Shown here piece by piece: positions 1 to 10,343 of a DNA stretch of 64,000 bases; the stretch's first letter is position 1, and every line of letters begins with the position of its first letter. Origin of the DNA: Candidatus Latescibacterota bacterium (GTDB lineage Bacteria; Latescibacterota; UBA2968; GCA-2709665); contig CBDDDZ010000005.1 of the NCBI GenBank assembly GCA_965226795.1, positions 608,001 through 672,000 on the forward strand, given 5' to 3'. Made by a program: the position numbers and the translations under genes. Under the pieces are notes generated by a model that searched no databases, was not told the origin of the DNA, and saw nothing but the letters and a program-made list of their open reading frames with translations.

Positions 1-2
1 AT

Positions 3-395
3 CTCTACGTCATTATACCGGACGGCCCCACCGAACGCATCTTTACCGCGGACCTGGGCGCCGTGCTGGCGGGGAACTGGCGGCGGGACGAGCGGGTGGA
101 TCTCACCGATCCCCTCCTGCCCAAGCAAGTTCGGCGCGTCACGTTTGCGGACCGGGTGCCTCTGAAGACGTACGGGTCCAAAACGATGCAGGTCTTCACG
201 TCGACCAAACCGGATATCTTCCAGTCGTCCGATATTCCCGACGCCGACCGCGCCGGTATCCACGAATTCGCCTTCGACTATCCAGTGAGTTCGCCCTTGC
301 AGGACTGCCGGCTCCAGGTGCGCTATCGCCAGGACGTCCTGTTGCCCTACAAGTGGCACATGGCGGGCGCCCATTTCCAATGCGAATGGAATTGA
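3..395 (+). CDS. Hypothetical protein, 5'-partial (runs off the window start)
   Basis: Frame is open from nt 3 (LYVIIPDGPTERIF...) to TGA at 393-395; co-oriented with lpoB. Confidence 0.6.
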   Translation, partial: LYVIIPDGPTERIFTADLGAVLAGNWRRDERVDLTDPLLPKQVRRVTFADRVPLKTYGSKTMQVFTSTKPDIFQSSDIPDADRAGIHEFAFDYPVSSPLQDCRLQVRYRQDVLLPYKWHMAGAHFQCEWN

Positions 396-479
396 AATCG
401 CAACCACTCGTCGCGAGCAACACGTGAAACGGCATAGCCACACAACCGCACCATCAATCACACGAGGAGGAGAATCGCC

Positions 480-1076
480 ATGAAACCAGGAATCTGCATC
501 ACCGTGGCCGTTGCTCTCGCGTTCGCCGTCAGCTGCGCGGGACCCAGAGCCTTCACGAAGGGCACGTACGAGGATCCGAAAACCATCGCGTTGCTGGATG
601 ACCAATTCAACGAAAACGACATGCAACTCATCGCCAAGAAAATGATCGAGTCGATGGCCGGCAGCAACATTGCCGGGAGCAACGGCGCGCCGGTTGTCAT
701 GATCGGGAAAATGCGCAACCGCACGTCCGAGCATATCGACATGACCATGCTTTCCAACAAAGTCCGCACACAACTCGTCCAGAGCGGAAGATTTCGCTTT
801 GCCGACGTACAGAATCGCGGGGATATTGCCGAGGAGTACGAGTACCAGCAGTCCGGATACGTGGATCCGGACCAGGCCAGGGGTCCTGGCAGCCAGACGG
901 GCGCGGAGTATCTGCTGACCGGCACCCTCACGGCCAACGTGCAGCAGGTTGGAAAGAACAAACTGGTCTACTATAAGGCTACCTTCCAGTTGACCAATCT
1001 GCTCACGTCGGAAATCGCCTGGACCGACGAGAAGGAAATCCGGAAGGCCTACAAGAAGCGCCATATCGGAATCTAG
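480..1076 (+). CDS. lpoB: Penicillin-binding protein activator LpoB-family lipoprotein
   Basis: GAGGAG RBS; lipobox AVSC; LpoB-type motifs NRTSEHID, GAEYLLTGTL, IAWTDEKEIRK. Confidence 0.8.
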   Translation: MKPGICITVAVALAFAVSCAGPRAFTKGTYEDPKTIALLDDQFNENDMQLIAKKMIESMAGSNIAGSNGAPVVMIGKMRNRTSEHIDMTMLSNKVRTQLVQSGRFRFADVQNRGDIAEEYEYQQSGYVDPDQARGPGSQTGAEYLLTGTLTANVQQVGKNKLVYYKATFQLTNLLTSEIAWTDEKEIRKAYKKRHIGI

Positions 1077-1134
1077 CCCGCGGACAGGCGGCAACGCAAC
1101 CCACCGGCTTCCTTAATTTGAAAGGAAACTCGCC

Positions 1135-1689
1135 ATGAGAACCGCAAGCCTCACCCTGATCTTCACCATTTGCGCGGCAATGTTCTGCATGCGGTTGGAC
1201 GCCGCGGAGCCCGGCCGCACCGACGGACCCGAAGGCACCGAACTGGGCCGCGGCGGCTATCCGTTCGGCGGGCCCGAAGGCCGATTTTACATCAGCCCGG
1301 CGTTCGGCTCGGGGATATTCGACAGAAATGCGGACAGCAGCCGCACCGGCCTCCTATACAGCCTGAACCTGGGATACGAGCGCGACGGCTGGCTTGCAAT
1401 CGAGGGCGGTTACGCCTATCTTTCGGATAGAAAACTGTCCATTTACAGCCTGGGTTCCCGCTTCGATTACAACGCCGATCCCTTCGTCTATTATTTCTCT
1501 GCGCAGGCCGGACTCTACAAGCCTACCGAGGGCGAAAGCAACTTCGGCCTGGCCCCCGGCGCGGGCATCGACATCATTCTCAACGACCGGATCCGCGTTG
1601 GACTGAACTACAAGCGGGACTTCATCTTTACGGACGGCAACACCACGGATGTCGATCGCCTGTTCGCCGGGCTAAAGTTCTACTTCTGA
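1135..1689 (+). CDS. Outer-membrane beta-barrel protein (OmpA-like/porin family)
   Basis: Signal peptide, alternating amphipathic strands, C-terminal GLKFYF beta-signal. Confidence 0.75.
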   Translation: MRTASLTLIFTICAAMFCMRLDAAEPGRTDGPEGTELGRGGYPFGGPEGRFYISPAFGSGIFDRNADSSRTGLLYSLNLGYERDGWLAIEGGYAYLSDRKLSIYSLGSRFDYNADPFVYYFSAQAGLYKPTEGESNFGLAPGAGIDIILNDRIRVGLNYKRDFIFTDGNTTDVDRLFAGLKFYF

Positions 1690-1700
1690 GCCAGAGCATC

Positions 1701-1753
1701 GGACGACCGGCGCGGCGATTTTGCGCTATTTGCCGCGCGGGTCGTCCGGTTTT
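1701..1753 (+). terminator. Probable intrinsic terminator
   Basis: GGACGACC-GGCGCGGC...GCCGCGC-GGGTCGTCC hairpin followed by GGTTTT, just after the 1689 stop. Confidence 0.5.
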
Positions 1754-1797
1754 CGCGGGAATGACCCTCGTTCGAGGCTCAAGGGTAAGGATCAACC

Positions 1798-2125
1798 ATG
1801 CGTCGTCTACGTTTAATCCATGCTGTTCGCGACCCTTCCTGTGTTATCCGGATGCGAGTTTCCCGTCCGGTCGCTGCATCCGTTCTATGCGGATGAGAAT
1901 CTGATTGAACCCGCCTTGCGGCTGAGTTTTCCGGACCAGGACTGGCTGCTGAAACTGCTCAAAGAGAATCCCGGTGCAATTCGCCATGAAGCGCTCGGAA
2001 GCTCCGATTTGATCCTGACCGCTTCAACCGACGCATTGCAGCGCTTCTGGCTCGAGTACCCGGGTAACGAAGACGCTTTTATCGAATCGATCTACCTTCA
2101 GCGAATAAAGGATTCCACGGACTGA
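1798..2125 (+). pseudogene. Lipoprotein remnant (frameshift near start, probable internal deletion)
   Basis: RBS plus ATG at 1798 (MRRLRLI) is out of frame with 1820..2125, which has lipobox LSGC-xxxxSLHPFY and then jumps to what looks like a C-terminal segment (DWLLKLLKENP...LILTAST). Confidence 0.45.
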
Positions 2126-2490
2126 CGTGGAGCCGACCTCATTGGTGGGCCGGTCTTCTCAAGTCGCCCGCGCTGTCAACGAAGCGCAAAACGAGAGAAG
2201 TTTCGAGGGCACGAAACGAAGCCTTCAGGCCCACAGGAAAACCAAGTGACCAGTGCAGACGGGCTGCCCGATTCCACTTCAGGCAGCCCATCTTGCATGT
2301 TGCGTTTCCGTTGCTACGTGTCGGCCGATTGGTTAACTTTGAACGGCTGTCAGGCGAGTGTATTTTTGCCTTTCGGCCATGGCGTCTCGAGAGGATGTCG
2401 AGAAAATGCGGGCCCCGTTGTCGCGCCAATCAACGACGTCCGCAGCGACGGGGAAGGCGAGGGGGCGTTCGGTTGTTAAGGCTTTGCTCC

Positions 2491-3723
2491 ATGATCATTC
2501 GAGATCCGATCCACGGCGACATCCGCTTCAACGAAGTCGAACGCCGGCTGATGGATACCCGTCAGTTCCAGCGCCTTCGGGGCATCCGGCAGACCGGCAC
2601 GGCCTATCTGGTGTACCCGGGCTGCACGCATACCCGGTTCGAACATTCGCTGGGAACGGCGTCGATGGCCAGGCGCATAATCGGGGTTCTCAGAGACTCG
2701 GGAATCAGTGTGAGCCCGGAACAGGAGACTGCGGTTGTCGTGGCCGCCCTGGTACACGACGTGGGTCACTTTCCGTTCGGCCATACCTTCGAAGACGAAC
2801 GCAAACTGTTCCCGCGGCACGATACGGCGGAGCGGATGCGACATGCACTCTCCCAGGACGAACTGGCGAACGCCCTCGACGCGTCCGGCCAGCAAGAGCA
2901 GGTGGTGGCGCTCCTCACCGAGCGGGGTTTCGATCCACCCTGGATGCGGCAGATCGTTACAAGCACGGTAGATGCCGACCTGCTCGACTACCTCCGCCGC
3001 GACGCCTATTTCGCGGGTCTGAAACACGACTACGACGACCGCATCCTGAGTACATTCACGGTTGCAGACGGCAAACTGGCGATCAACCTGGAGAAACTCA
3101 GCACCCGGACGGAACTGCTCCATCTCCTGCGGCTGCGCTATTTCCTGACCGAACGCGTTTATTTTCACCACGCGAAAGTCGCATCCGGCGCCATGATCGC
3201 GAAAGCCGTGGAACTGGCCGTTCAGCAGGGGCTGCGGCAGGAGGATATCTACCATCTCACGGATGGCGCCCTGCTGCGGTCTCTCACCGCAAGAAAGGAT
3301 GAGCGCATCGATCGTCTGGTCCGAGGTGTGGTCTACCGCAATCTGTTGAAGCGCGCGTATGTGCTGTCCACCGGTGAAATCGGAAGGCGCGCCCGGGATG
3401 AACTGATCGCCTCGTACAACAGGTCCATCGAATCAAGGCAATGCGTCGAACGCGAAATCGCCGACGCGATCGTCGTCGAACCCGACCAGGTTATCCTGTA
3501 CTGCCCGGATATTTCCTCTATCAAGGAAGCGAGGGTATTCACGAAAACCAAAAACGGCGTTCGCCGCCTCAACGAACCGCTCGAAAGTCCGCCGTTCGAC
3601 GTAAAGGCCGTAGAGGACCAGTACGAACGGCTCTGGAAACTCTACGTCTTCGTCCCCGACGGCTATCAGGAACGTGCCGGCAAGGTCTGTGAACGTCTGT
3701 TCGGAGAGAAAAACGCCGTTTAG
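2491..3723 (+). CDS. HD-domain phosphohydrolase (SAMHD1/dNTP triphosphohydrolase-like)
   Basis: IRDPIHG, FQRLRGIRQTG, YPGCTHTRFEHSLG, LVHDVGHFPFGH, DADLLDYLRRD motifs; start placed at ATG 2491. Confidence 0.88.
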   Translation: MIIRDPIHGDIRFNEVERRLMDTRQFQRLRGIRQTGTAYLVYPGCTHTRFEHSLGTASMARRIIGVLRDSGISVSPEQETAVVVAALVHDVGHFPFGHTFEDERKLFPRHDTAERMRHALSQDELANALDASGQQEQVVALLTERGFDPPWMRQIVTSTVDADLLDYLRRDAYFAGLKHDYDDRILSTFTVADGKLAINLEKLSTRTELLHLLRLRYFLTERVYFHHAKVASGAMIAKAVELAVQQGLRQEDIYHLTDGALLRSLTARKDERIDRLVRGVVYRNLLKRAYVLSTGEIGRRARDELIASYNRSIESRQCVEREIADAIVVEPDQVILYCPDISSIKEARVFTKTKNGVRRLNEPLESPPFDVKAVEDQYERLWKLYVFVPDGYQERAGKVCERLFGEKNAV

Positions 3724-3746
3724 CGGTGGATGTCCAACGTTGCGCA

Positions 3747-4289
3747 TCATTCGAGATCCTGCCGCTGGCCGGGATGCCTCACCGCGTGGAAGAGCGGAAG
3801 TTCGTCGCCCAGCCTGTCCTCCAGGCGTTTGTGGCACGACGCGCAGACCGAGATCAGATTGTCCAGCCGGTTGGCTGCAGAGGCCGAAGCAAACAGCCGG
3901 ACCGGCGTCTTGTGATGCACGTCCAGTTGCCGCCCCAGCGTCTCTTCGGTAACCCCGCAATTTCTGCAGCGGAAACCGTCCCGTTCTCTCGCCAGCGCGG
4001 TCTGCACCTTCCAGTTTCCACCCCTATATTCCGGGCGTCCCCTCAACACCGGCCGGTTCTCGCCTTCCGGAAGTACCGACGTCCACGCGTCGAGACAGGT
4101 TTTGCCGCAGAAGTGGAGGCGCACATTCCCACGGGCAAACCAGCGCGGGACGCCAAACGGGTTCCTGCACTGCTCGCAGCGGACCGCGATCGTCTGCCCT
4201 TCGGGCGCCCGCTGAGCTTCCGGAAAACGCAGTTGCAACTGATTCGGGAAAACGGGAACGCCGCTTCCCCTATGTGCGTACCCGGGCAT
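3747..4289 (-). CDS. HNH endonuclease with N-terminal Cys-rich zinc-binding motif
   Basis: CEQC...FCGKTC, then RERDGFRCRNCG...LDVHH...NRLDNLISVCASCH; start placed at ATG 4289. Confidence 0.8.
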   Translation of the reverse strand: MPGYAHRGSGVPVFPNQLQLRFPEAQRAPEGQTIAVRCEQCRNPFGVPRWFARGNVRLHFCGKTCLDAWTSVLPEGENRPVLRGRPEYRGGNWKVQTALARERDGFRCRNCGVTEETLGRQLDVHHKTPVRLFASASAANRLDNLISVCASCHKRLEDRLGDELPLFHAVRHPGQRQDLE

Positions 4290-4603
4290 AACCCACACCT
4301 GTGTGACCACCGTTCCGACAGCCGAGCCGCTATCCGAGAATATTCCTAACGCGTTGAATATAAGCTTGTTATGAAAATAAGTCAACGTCGGTTTCCGCTT
4401 TTGGGCGGGCTGCATGGACCGATATTGCAACACAAAGTGACCCGAGCGCTTCGCGACTGTATCCAGACCACGGGAATTTGCATGATAGCATGCAAGTCCG
4501 TATCTTGCGGATGTCCACGGCGCGGATCGTATTCGTTGCCCGATCGGGAACGACATCGGCCGGCCCGATAGTCGAAACCGGTGTTCAACCCACCTCCCAC
4601 GGT

Positions 4604-5319
4604 ATGATGGCAGCCATGGAGCAAATCACGTCGATAGACCCGGCGCGGGTCCTTGAACCGGATACGGGCTTCCCCAGGGGCAGCCGCCGTCTGATTCACA
4701 CCCGCGACATGGGCTGGCATTTCGGCCAGGGAACCTGGCTGTTCGGCGATCCGGCCGAGCCAGATCATCTGAGGAAGTGGATACGCAACCTGGCTGCGGG
4801 AGGCGCGGACACGTACGTTCCGGAAGCGTATTTCGACGGCTTGATCGCTTACCAACGCAGTCGCCGGTGCCCGAATTGGAAATCGCCCGCATTCGGGCGG
4901 TTCGACGCGATGATGGACTGCGGCGTGATGCCGCTGGATATATTCGTTGACGAAGCGCGCAACCGGGGCATTGAAGTGCTGGCGGGCTTCCGGATAAACG
5001 ATCGCCACGGGATCAACAACCGGCAGCCTGGCTAATCTTCAGAGCCGTCGGCAAGAGCACCGAGGATGAAATTGCAGTAACTCTGAACGGCCGGAAAATC
5101 CCGGTAGACACAATCAGGTCCATCTGGCATCCACAGGGTCGACCGGCCTGGGAGGGTAGGCCGCTGCCGCCCCATACCGAACTGCGCATGAACCTGACGT
5201 CGCCGCCGGGAGTTTACGGGGACAATACCCTGGGCATCGGGCTGGTACCGAAAAACAGCGCGGAAAGCCGGGAATTCACCGTGGACAAAGTCGAGGTCGT
5301 CGTCAACGTCGTCGACTGA
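4604..5319 (+). pseudogene. Glycoside hydrolase-like (GHL10-type) gene with internal deletion
   Basis: N-terminal part ends at ARNRGIEVLAGFRINDRH with a stop at 5035; a C-terminal-like segment (IAVTLNG...GDNTLGI...VEVVVNVVD*) continues in another frame to 5319. Confidence 0.55.
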
Positions 5320-5369
5320 ACGCCGGTCGCTTCCATTTCGGGGCCGGATCTACAGACAGGAGACTACTC

Positions 5370-6557
5370 GTGCCCGTTCCGGACGTCTACACGGAAACGC
5401 GAATCTCCATGCTAACGCCCGACCTCAGGCAGAGGGTGAGGGACAACCTGGTTACGTCGCAGTTCAAGAAGGCGGGGTGTACCCGGCCGGATGGACAGGA
5501 ATGGCCGGCCTGGTTCGACCATGCGCCGATGCGGCGCGTCCGGGTGGCGACGGGCTCAAGGGCGTTTGGCACCTACAATCATCAAGCCGGTATCTGCAGA
5601 TGGCGTAACAGGTACTGGTATGTTTTTTCGAACGGCGCCGTGCATGAAGAGGCGCCGGGGCAGCGGACGCTGATCACCCGAAGCGAGGATCTCTCATCGT
5701 GGTCAAGGCCGGCCTGTGTGGCGCCCGGCGACGTCTCACGTAGACTGTGGCGCAATACCGGCGGGATTATGGGATACGAAGACCGTCTCGTCGTATTCGT
5801 ACAGACGAAAACCGGCGGAGGGGCTGCCCCGAAACCGGGAATGAGCGCCAACGAGGAGAGCAGGACCACATGCACGATAGGACTCGTTATATCCGCCGAC
5901 GGTGAGAACTGGATTGAGCGGGACGTCGCCGAAGACTGTTTCTGGTACGAAGCGCCAAGGATGACGCGGGAGGGCAGGCTGTTGTGCGCGGGATCCCGAT
6001 TGGGAAAACCGATCGTGTTTCTGTGGCCGGGGGAGAATCCCCTGGAGCCCCCGGAGATCGTGGAGATCCCCTACGACGGCTCGCGAGGGATGGATTCCGG
6101 GCGGTTTCCGTACGGAGAAGCGTCGTGGTACCAAACCGACGACGGCGCGATCTTCATGTTTCACCGGAACGAGACGGACGAAATGCGGTTGCGCGTGGCG
6201 CTCAGCGACGATGGCGGCAGAAGCTGGACCCCGCCCATGCTCTCGAATATTCCCGACTCGAAGTCCCGCGTAAGCGCGGGGCGCCTGGCGGACGGGCGTT
6301 ACTTCCTTATTAACAACGCCATTGCCGACCTCTTGAACCGGGTGCCGTTAATGATATTCCTATCGACGAACGGCGCGAAATTCGAAAGACAATACTTCCT
6401 CATTGACGAACCCACCACCATCGTCTTTTCGGGCGCCCTGAAAGCCCACGGACACCAGTATCCGTGCGCGATGGTCGAGCAGGACAGGCTGATTGTCGCC
6501 TACTCGGTCAACAAGGAGCACATGGAACTCCTCACGGTGGATCCGGGAGACCTGTGA
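5370..6557 (+). CDS. BNR/Asp-box exo-alpha-sialidase-like beta-propeller protein
   Basis: Asp-box motifs SDDGGRSW, SADGENW, SEDLSSW; QYP near C-terminus; GGAG RBS. Confidence 0.75.
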   Translation: MPVPDVYTETRISMLTPDLRQRVRDNLVTSQFKKAGCTRPDGQEWPAWFDHAPMRRVRVATGSRAFGTYNHQAGICRWRNRYWYVFSNGAVHEEAPGQRTLITRSEDLSSWSRPACVAPGDVSRRLWRNTGGIMGYEDRLVVFVQTKTGGGAAPKPGMSANEESRTTCTIGLVISADGENWIERDVAEDCFWYEAPRMTREGRLLCAGSRLGKPIVFLWPGENPLEPPEIVEIPYDGSRGMDSGRFPYGEASWYQTDDGAIFMFHRNETDEMRLRVALSDDGGRSWTPPMLSNIPDSKSRVSAGRLADGRYFLINNAIADLLNRVPLMIFLSTNGAKFERQYFLIDEPTTIVFSGALKAHGHQYPCAMVEQDRLIVAYSVNKEHMELLTVDPGDL

Positions 6558-6571
6558 GGCGACGGAGTCGC

Positions 6572-7213
6572 TCACTCGCTCAGCCGGAACCGGATGGGCA
6601 TTGTCATTTTCACCGCGACGGAACGATCGTTCTGCACGGCCGGTTCGAATGCAAATTGCGAAACCGCCTCGACTGCCGCCTGTCTGAAGATTTCCGGCCC
6701 TCGCACCACCCGCACGTCTCTGACGCTTCCGTCGGCGCCTACCGTGAACGCCACGAACACCACCCCTTCCAGCCCGGCTCTCTTCGCCATTTCCGGGTAA
6801 ACCGGCAGTGTGCGACCCACCAGCGCGGGTTGTCGCTCCACCCGCCAGTATTCCAGGACTTCCTCCTCAACGGGCGCGGTCTCGTGGCGCACCGGCCGGG
6901 ACAGATCCAGGGGTACACGGTCGAGTTCCAGTTCCGTCGACTCGATCGTCACGTCTTCCTGTACATCGTCGCTGTCTGTTTCGACGGGCACGGCGGGGCG
7001 TTTGGGTTCCGGGCGGCGATCCTGCCGGGTTTCCGGTATATTCTCGACGTGTAGCACCTCGGTCCGGCGGACCCCCGCCGGCGTGTCCATCTCGAACGAG
7101 GGAAACAGCAGCGCGAGGACCAGAAGAAGCAGGAAGGAAATACAGACGCACCGCGTCATCACCTTATGGTATGCCAACTTCAGGTCCGCAGCGGGGAATT
7201 TATGGCTTATCAT
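6572..7213 (-). CDS. tonB: Energy transducer TonB
   Basis: N-terminal TM helix, Pro-rich linker, C-terminal YPEMAKRAGLEGVVFVAFTV...FEPAVQ domain. Confidence 0.85.
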   Translation of the reverse strand: MISHKFPAADLKLAYHKVMTRCVCISFLLLLVLALLFPSFEMDTPAGVRRTEVLHVENIPETRQDRRPEPKRPAVPVETDSDDVQEDVTIESTELELDRVPLDLSRPVRHETAPVEEEVLEYWRVERQPALVGRTLPVYPEMAKRAGLEGVVFVAFTVGADGSVRDVRVVRGPEIFRQAAVEAVSQFAFEPAVQNDRSVAVKMTMPIRFRLSE

Positions 7214-7385
7214 CGTCAGCCTCCTTTCCGCCGGAAAGTGTTTCCCGGCAATAAAAATATTATTTAATTAATAATTTAGTCCGAGTTAACCCCGTAAATT
7301 AAAACTCCTGCCCCGGATAGCGGGGAATGTACGGGCGGTGGCCGGGTGTCGACGCCCTGGGGTTCGGCCAGTGTCGCCGGGAGGA

Positions 7386-9532
7386 TCAGTGGCGCCCGGC
7401 CGTCGCGAGGCGGTCCTCGTAAAACGGCCCCGTTTCAAACGTCCTGGCGACAACGTCCAACTGACGCAGATAGGTTTCTTTCTTTCGATTCGGGCCGTAA
7501 ACCCCAAAGTCCACGAAGTAGAGCCGATCTGTCGTCTCGTCCACCAGCACGTAGCTTCTGAAGGGTCCGCCCTTCCACGCAAGATTGTTCTGCCACACAC
7601 CTTCAAGATGCACCGCCAGCCGGCTCCCCAACTTCCGCTGACTTACCTTCAGGCCTGTCTGATCCACGACGTCGTTCTCAAAGAACCGGGCGGTGATCTC
7701 GTTCCGCTTCCGGATGCACCACGCCGCCGTCAAACGATCCGGGCTGACACCATCCTCACGGTAGACAAACATCCACTGTGTCACGCGCGCGTGCGTTCGC
7801 GTGAGTACCACGAACCCGCTATCGGCATGGGTATCGATGAAATTGAACCCGAAAGGAATGCGCACACGCCAACCGAACCGGTCCGCCAGTTCCGATGCAA
7901 GCCCCTCTCTTTCGCCAAACCGGAAGAGAGCCTCGGCGACCCGTTCATCGCGCTTCCCGTCGATTGCGCCGTAAATCCGATCCGCCTCCGTCATAATATT
8001 GGCTGTCAGCGCATTGCGATGCTCACCCGTAACCAGAACCACGACCTGGTCGTCGGCCCACATGTCCCGCCGGATGACCACAGGCGCCGCTCCATTCCGG
8101 ATGGCGTTTCTGTGCGCCGACGGCACGAGGGAGCGTACCAGACCGCCTGCTTCACGGTCTCCATCCAGCGGCGCGGCGATCACGATATTCTTCCGTCGCA
8201 GCTTGCTGAAATCTCCGGCGTGAACGAATGAGACGTGGTAAAGGCGCTCCTTCCTTGGCGTCAGGATTACCTTGTGCATAACGTCCTGGAGAGGTTTCCG
8301 TAACGTCCGCGCATCCAGGGAATCCGCAATTACCGTGACCATGTCGACGCGTCCGGAACCGGTAGGCAGCCCATCCAGCCGCAGGAACGAGAGCAGCCGA
8401 TCCTTGATCGCCGCCAGCTTTACGACGGCTTCGGACCGGCCCGGCACCTCGACCGTGGGGCCGACGCGTCCGCACTGTATCAACGCCGCCAGGATCAAAC
8501 CCGAAGCCAGCAGCAGACCTGTGCGGGACAGGCGGCGTTCGCGGCCCCGCCTGGCATTCAGCAGCCGGAAGATTCGGCGAACGATCTGCTTCCGGTCTCC
8601 GGCGGCGGCAATGCCCATTGCCGATCCGACCGGCGACGTTACCATCGCCGTCAGGCGGGTGAGGCAGATCGCATACCCCCTGGCTTTCCCGGTAATGCCC
8701 ACCACCACGTCGTCACACGCGACCTCCCGTTCCAGGTTCATCTGTCGTGCAATCCACCATACGGCCAGATGGAAGAAAAGAACACAACCCGCGAGCGCCT
8801 GAAACAGTCTGGACCAGTCGTCCAGCCGGTGCAGGTGCGCCAGTTCGTGCAGGACCACCTGATCGAATTCCGCCTCCGACAGCCGCTCCGGCATGGACCC
8901 GGAATCAGAATCACGGGTCTGAACAGACCCGTCGCCGCAGGCGTGCCTACTCGCGTGGAACTGCAAAGGCGCACCCAGCGCCGCGTTTCGCTTGAGCGGA
9001 TTAAATGGCGCAATCTGTCTTGATATCGAGCGGGCAGGGGCTTTGCACTCTGTTTGAGGCGCCGGACGTGCCGAACGCCCAGATAAATCTTGGCCGACAG
9101 TGTCAGCGAGACCAGCATCCAGACCGCGAAAACCACCGGCGGCCATCGCCCCGGCAGTTCCGGCGTAAACGCCGGCTCCGCGTGTTCCCTGTCCCTCGGT
9201 TGATCAGCGCCTGGCGGAGATTCAAAGGCGGCAGCCTCGCCCGGCTTCCGTGAATCGTTCGTCTCCGGATCGTTCGTCTCCGCGGCCTTAAACCACATCC
9301 GTGCGGCGCCCGCACGATTGGGCGGTTTCCAGATCTCGGACCAGGACAGCGCGAATACGACCATCAACGTGGCCGTCCAGATCACGTACCTTGTCCGGGC
9401 GTTCAGCCACCGCACGAGGTACAACAGGCACGCGACCGCAAGCGTCACGACCAGGCCCTTCCAGAGTCCGTCGAGCGCGGAGGACACCGTCACCCGGGAA
9501 ACGGCATCGAAAAAATCATAGGCCGCCAACAT
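7386..9532 (-). CDS. BlaR1/MecR1-like M56 metallopeptidase fused to a DUF4837-like domain (one frameshift near 8898)
   Basis: ORF 8738..9532 gives TM helices and PAATGLFRPVILIP; ORF 7386..9146 continues with HELAHLHRLD and EREVACDD, then a DUF4837-like region (EGVW...GGPF...YLRQL). One extra G in CCGGG-TCC joins the frames. Confidence 0.75.
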
Positions 9533-9542
9533 ACGCCTTCCC

Positions 9543-9920
9543 CTAACCGCTGTCTTCCACCATTTGTTTCAGGCGCTCGAGAACGTCGGCGTCGACCGCT
9601 TCATTCTCGAGAATGTTCAGCACCAGCATCTCCGGCGAATTGTTGAAAAATCGGCTCATCATGTACCGGACCACGCTGTTTCTGGCTTCCTCGCGGCCGA
9701 CCACCGGCTGGTAGACATAGGCCCTGCCCTCCTTTTCGTGGGACAGGTAGCCTTTCCGTTCGAGGATCCTGAGCGTTGTCAACACCGTACTATAAGCGAG
9801 CGGTTCCTTGCCGGGCAGCGCCGCGACCACGTCGCTTACGGTGGCCGTCTCCTTTTTCCAAAGTACGTCCATCAGCCTGAGTTCGGCTTCCGTTAGCGTG
9901 GGTGACTTCGGCCTTGCCAT
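9543..9920 (-). CDS. BlaI/MecI/CopY family transcriptional repressor
   Basis: LTEAELRLMDVLW, LAYSTVLTTLRILERKG, GRAYVY; directly upstream of the M56 peptidase. Confidence 0.92.
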   Translation of the reverse strand: MARPKSPTLTEAELRLMDVLWKKETATVSDVVAALPGKEPLAYSTVLTTLRILERKGYLSHEKEGRAYVYQPVVGREEARNSVVRYMMSRFFNNSPEMLVLNILENEAVDADVLERLKQMVEDSG

Positions 9921-10089
9921 ACAGTCATCTCCTGTAATGATAGCGTTTGAGTACGAATTTCCGTGATGGCGCCGTTCGACTGTCCGGTCAGCGTCTGAAC
10001 GGCCACCAGCCCCATGAGGCGCATCTCGAGGCGGTGCGATTCACGTCGCCGCTGCCCGCGGCAGGGCGTAAACGCTGCGGCGCGATTAA

Positions 10090-10130
10090 TTCCTTAATTT
10101 AAAATATAAGGAAGATTCGTTTCTTGTCAA
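10090..10130 (-). promoter_or_regulatory. Sigma70-type promoter of the blaI-like operon with overlapping palindromic operator
   Basis: Minus strand TTGACA (10130-10125)-16 nt-TATATT (10108-10103); inverted repeat TTCCTTA-N10-TAAGGAA at 10090-10113. Confidence 0.6.
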
Positions 10131-10257
10131 TTAAAAAATTAATAATTGGTTCGTGAACCATCGTTCAGCTTGGATGGGATTGATGACATTCACCCTTGTG
10201 CGGGGCCGGAACCATTCGTAAGCAGGATGAATTTCCCGGAATCCCTGGCAGATTCGC

Positions 10258-10318
10258 TTGACATGCGTTTCTGGAATGGATATATTAAAACGTTCGTTTT
10301 AATCATACGTTTGTTTGA
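10258..10318 (+). promoter_or_regulatory. Sigma70 promoter and tandem TetR (PsrA-like) operators
   Basis: TTGACA(10258)-17 nt-TATATT(10281); palindromes TTAAAAC-GTTC-GTTTTAA (10285-10302) and TCATAC-GTTT-GTTTGA (10303-10318). Confidence 0.7.
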
Positions 10319-10343
10319 ATTCTGTCATTAGCGTTCTGAATCG

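Noticed and set aside
2293..2490. N-terminal extensions in the ORF track (also for 18054, 23942, 28873, 42737)
   Set aside because: Family homology and RBS positions support downstream starts; the extensions are low-complexity Arg/Pro-rich readthrough.
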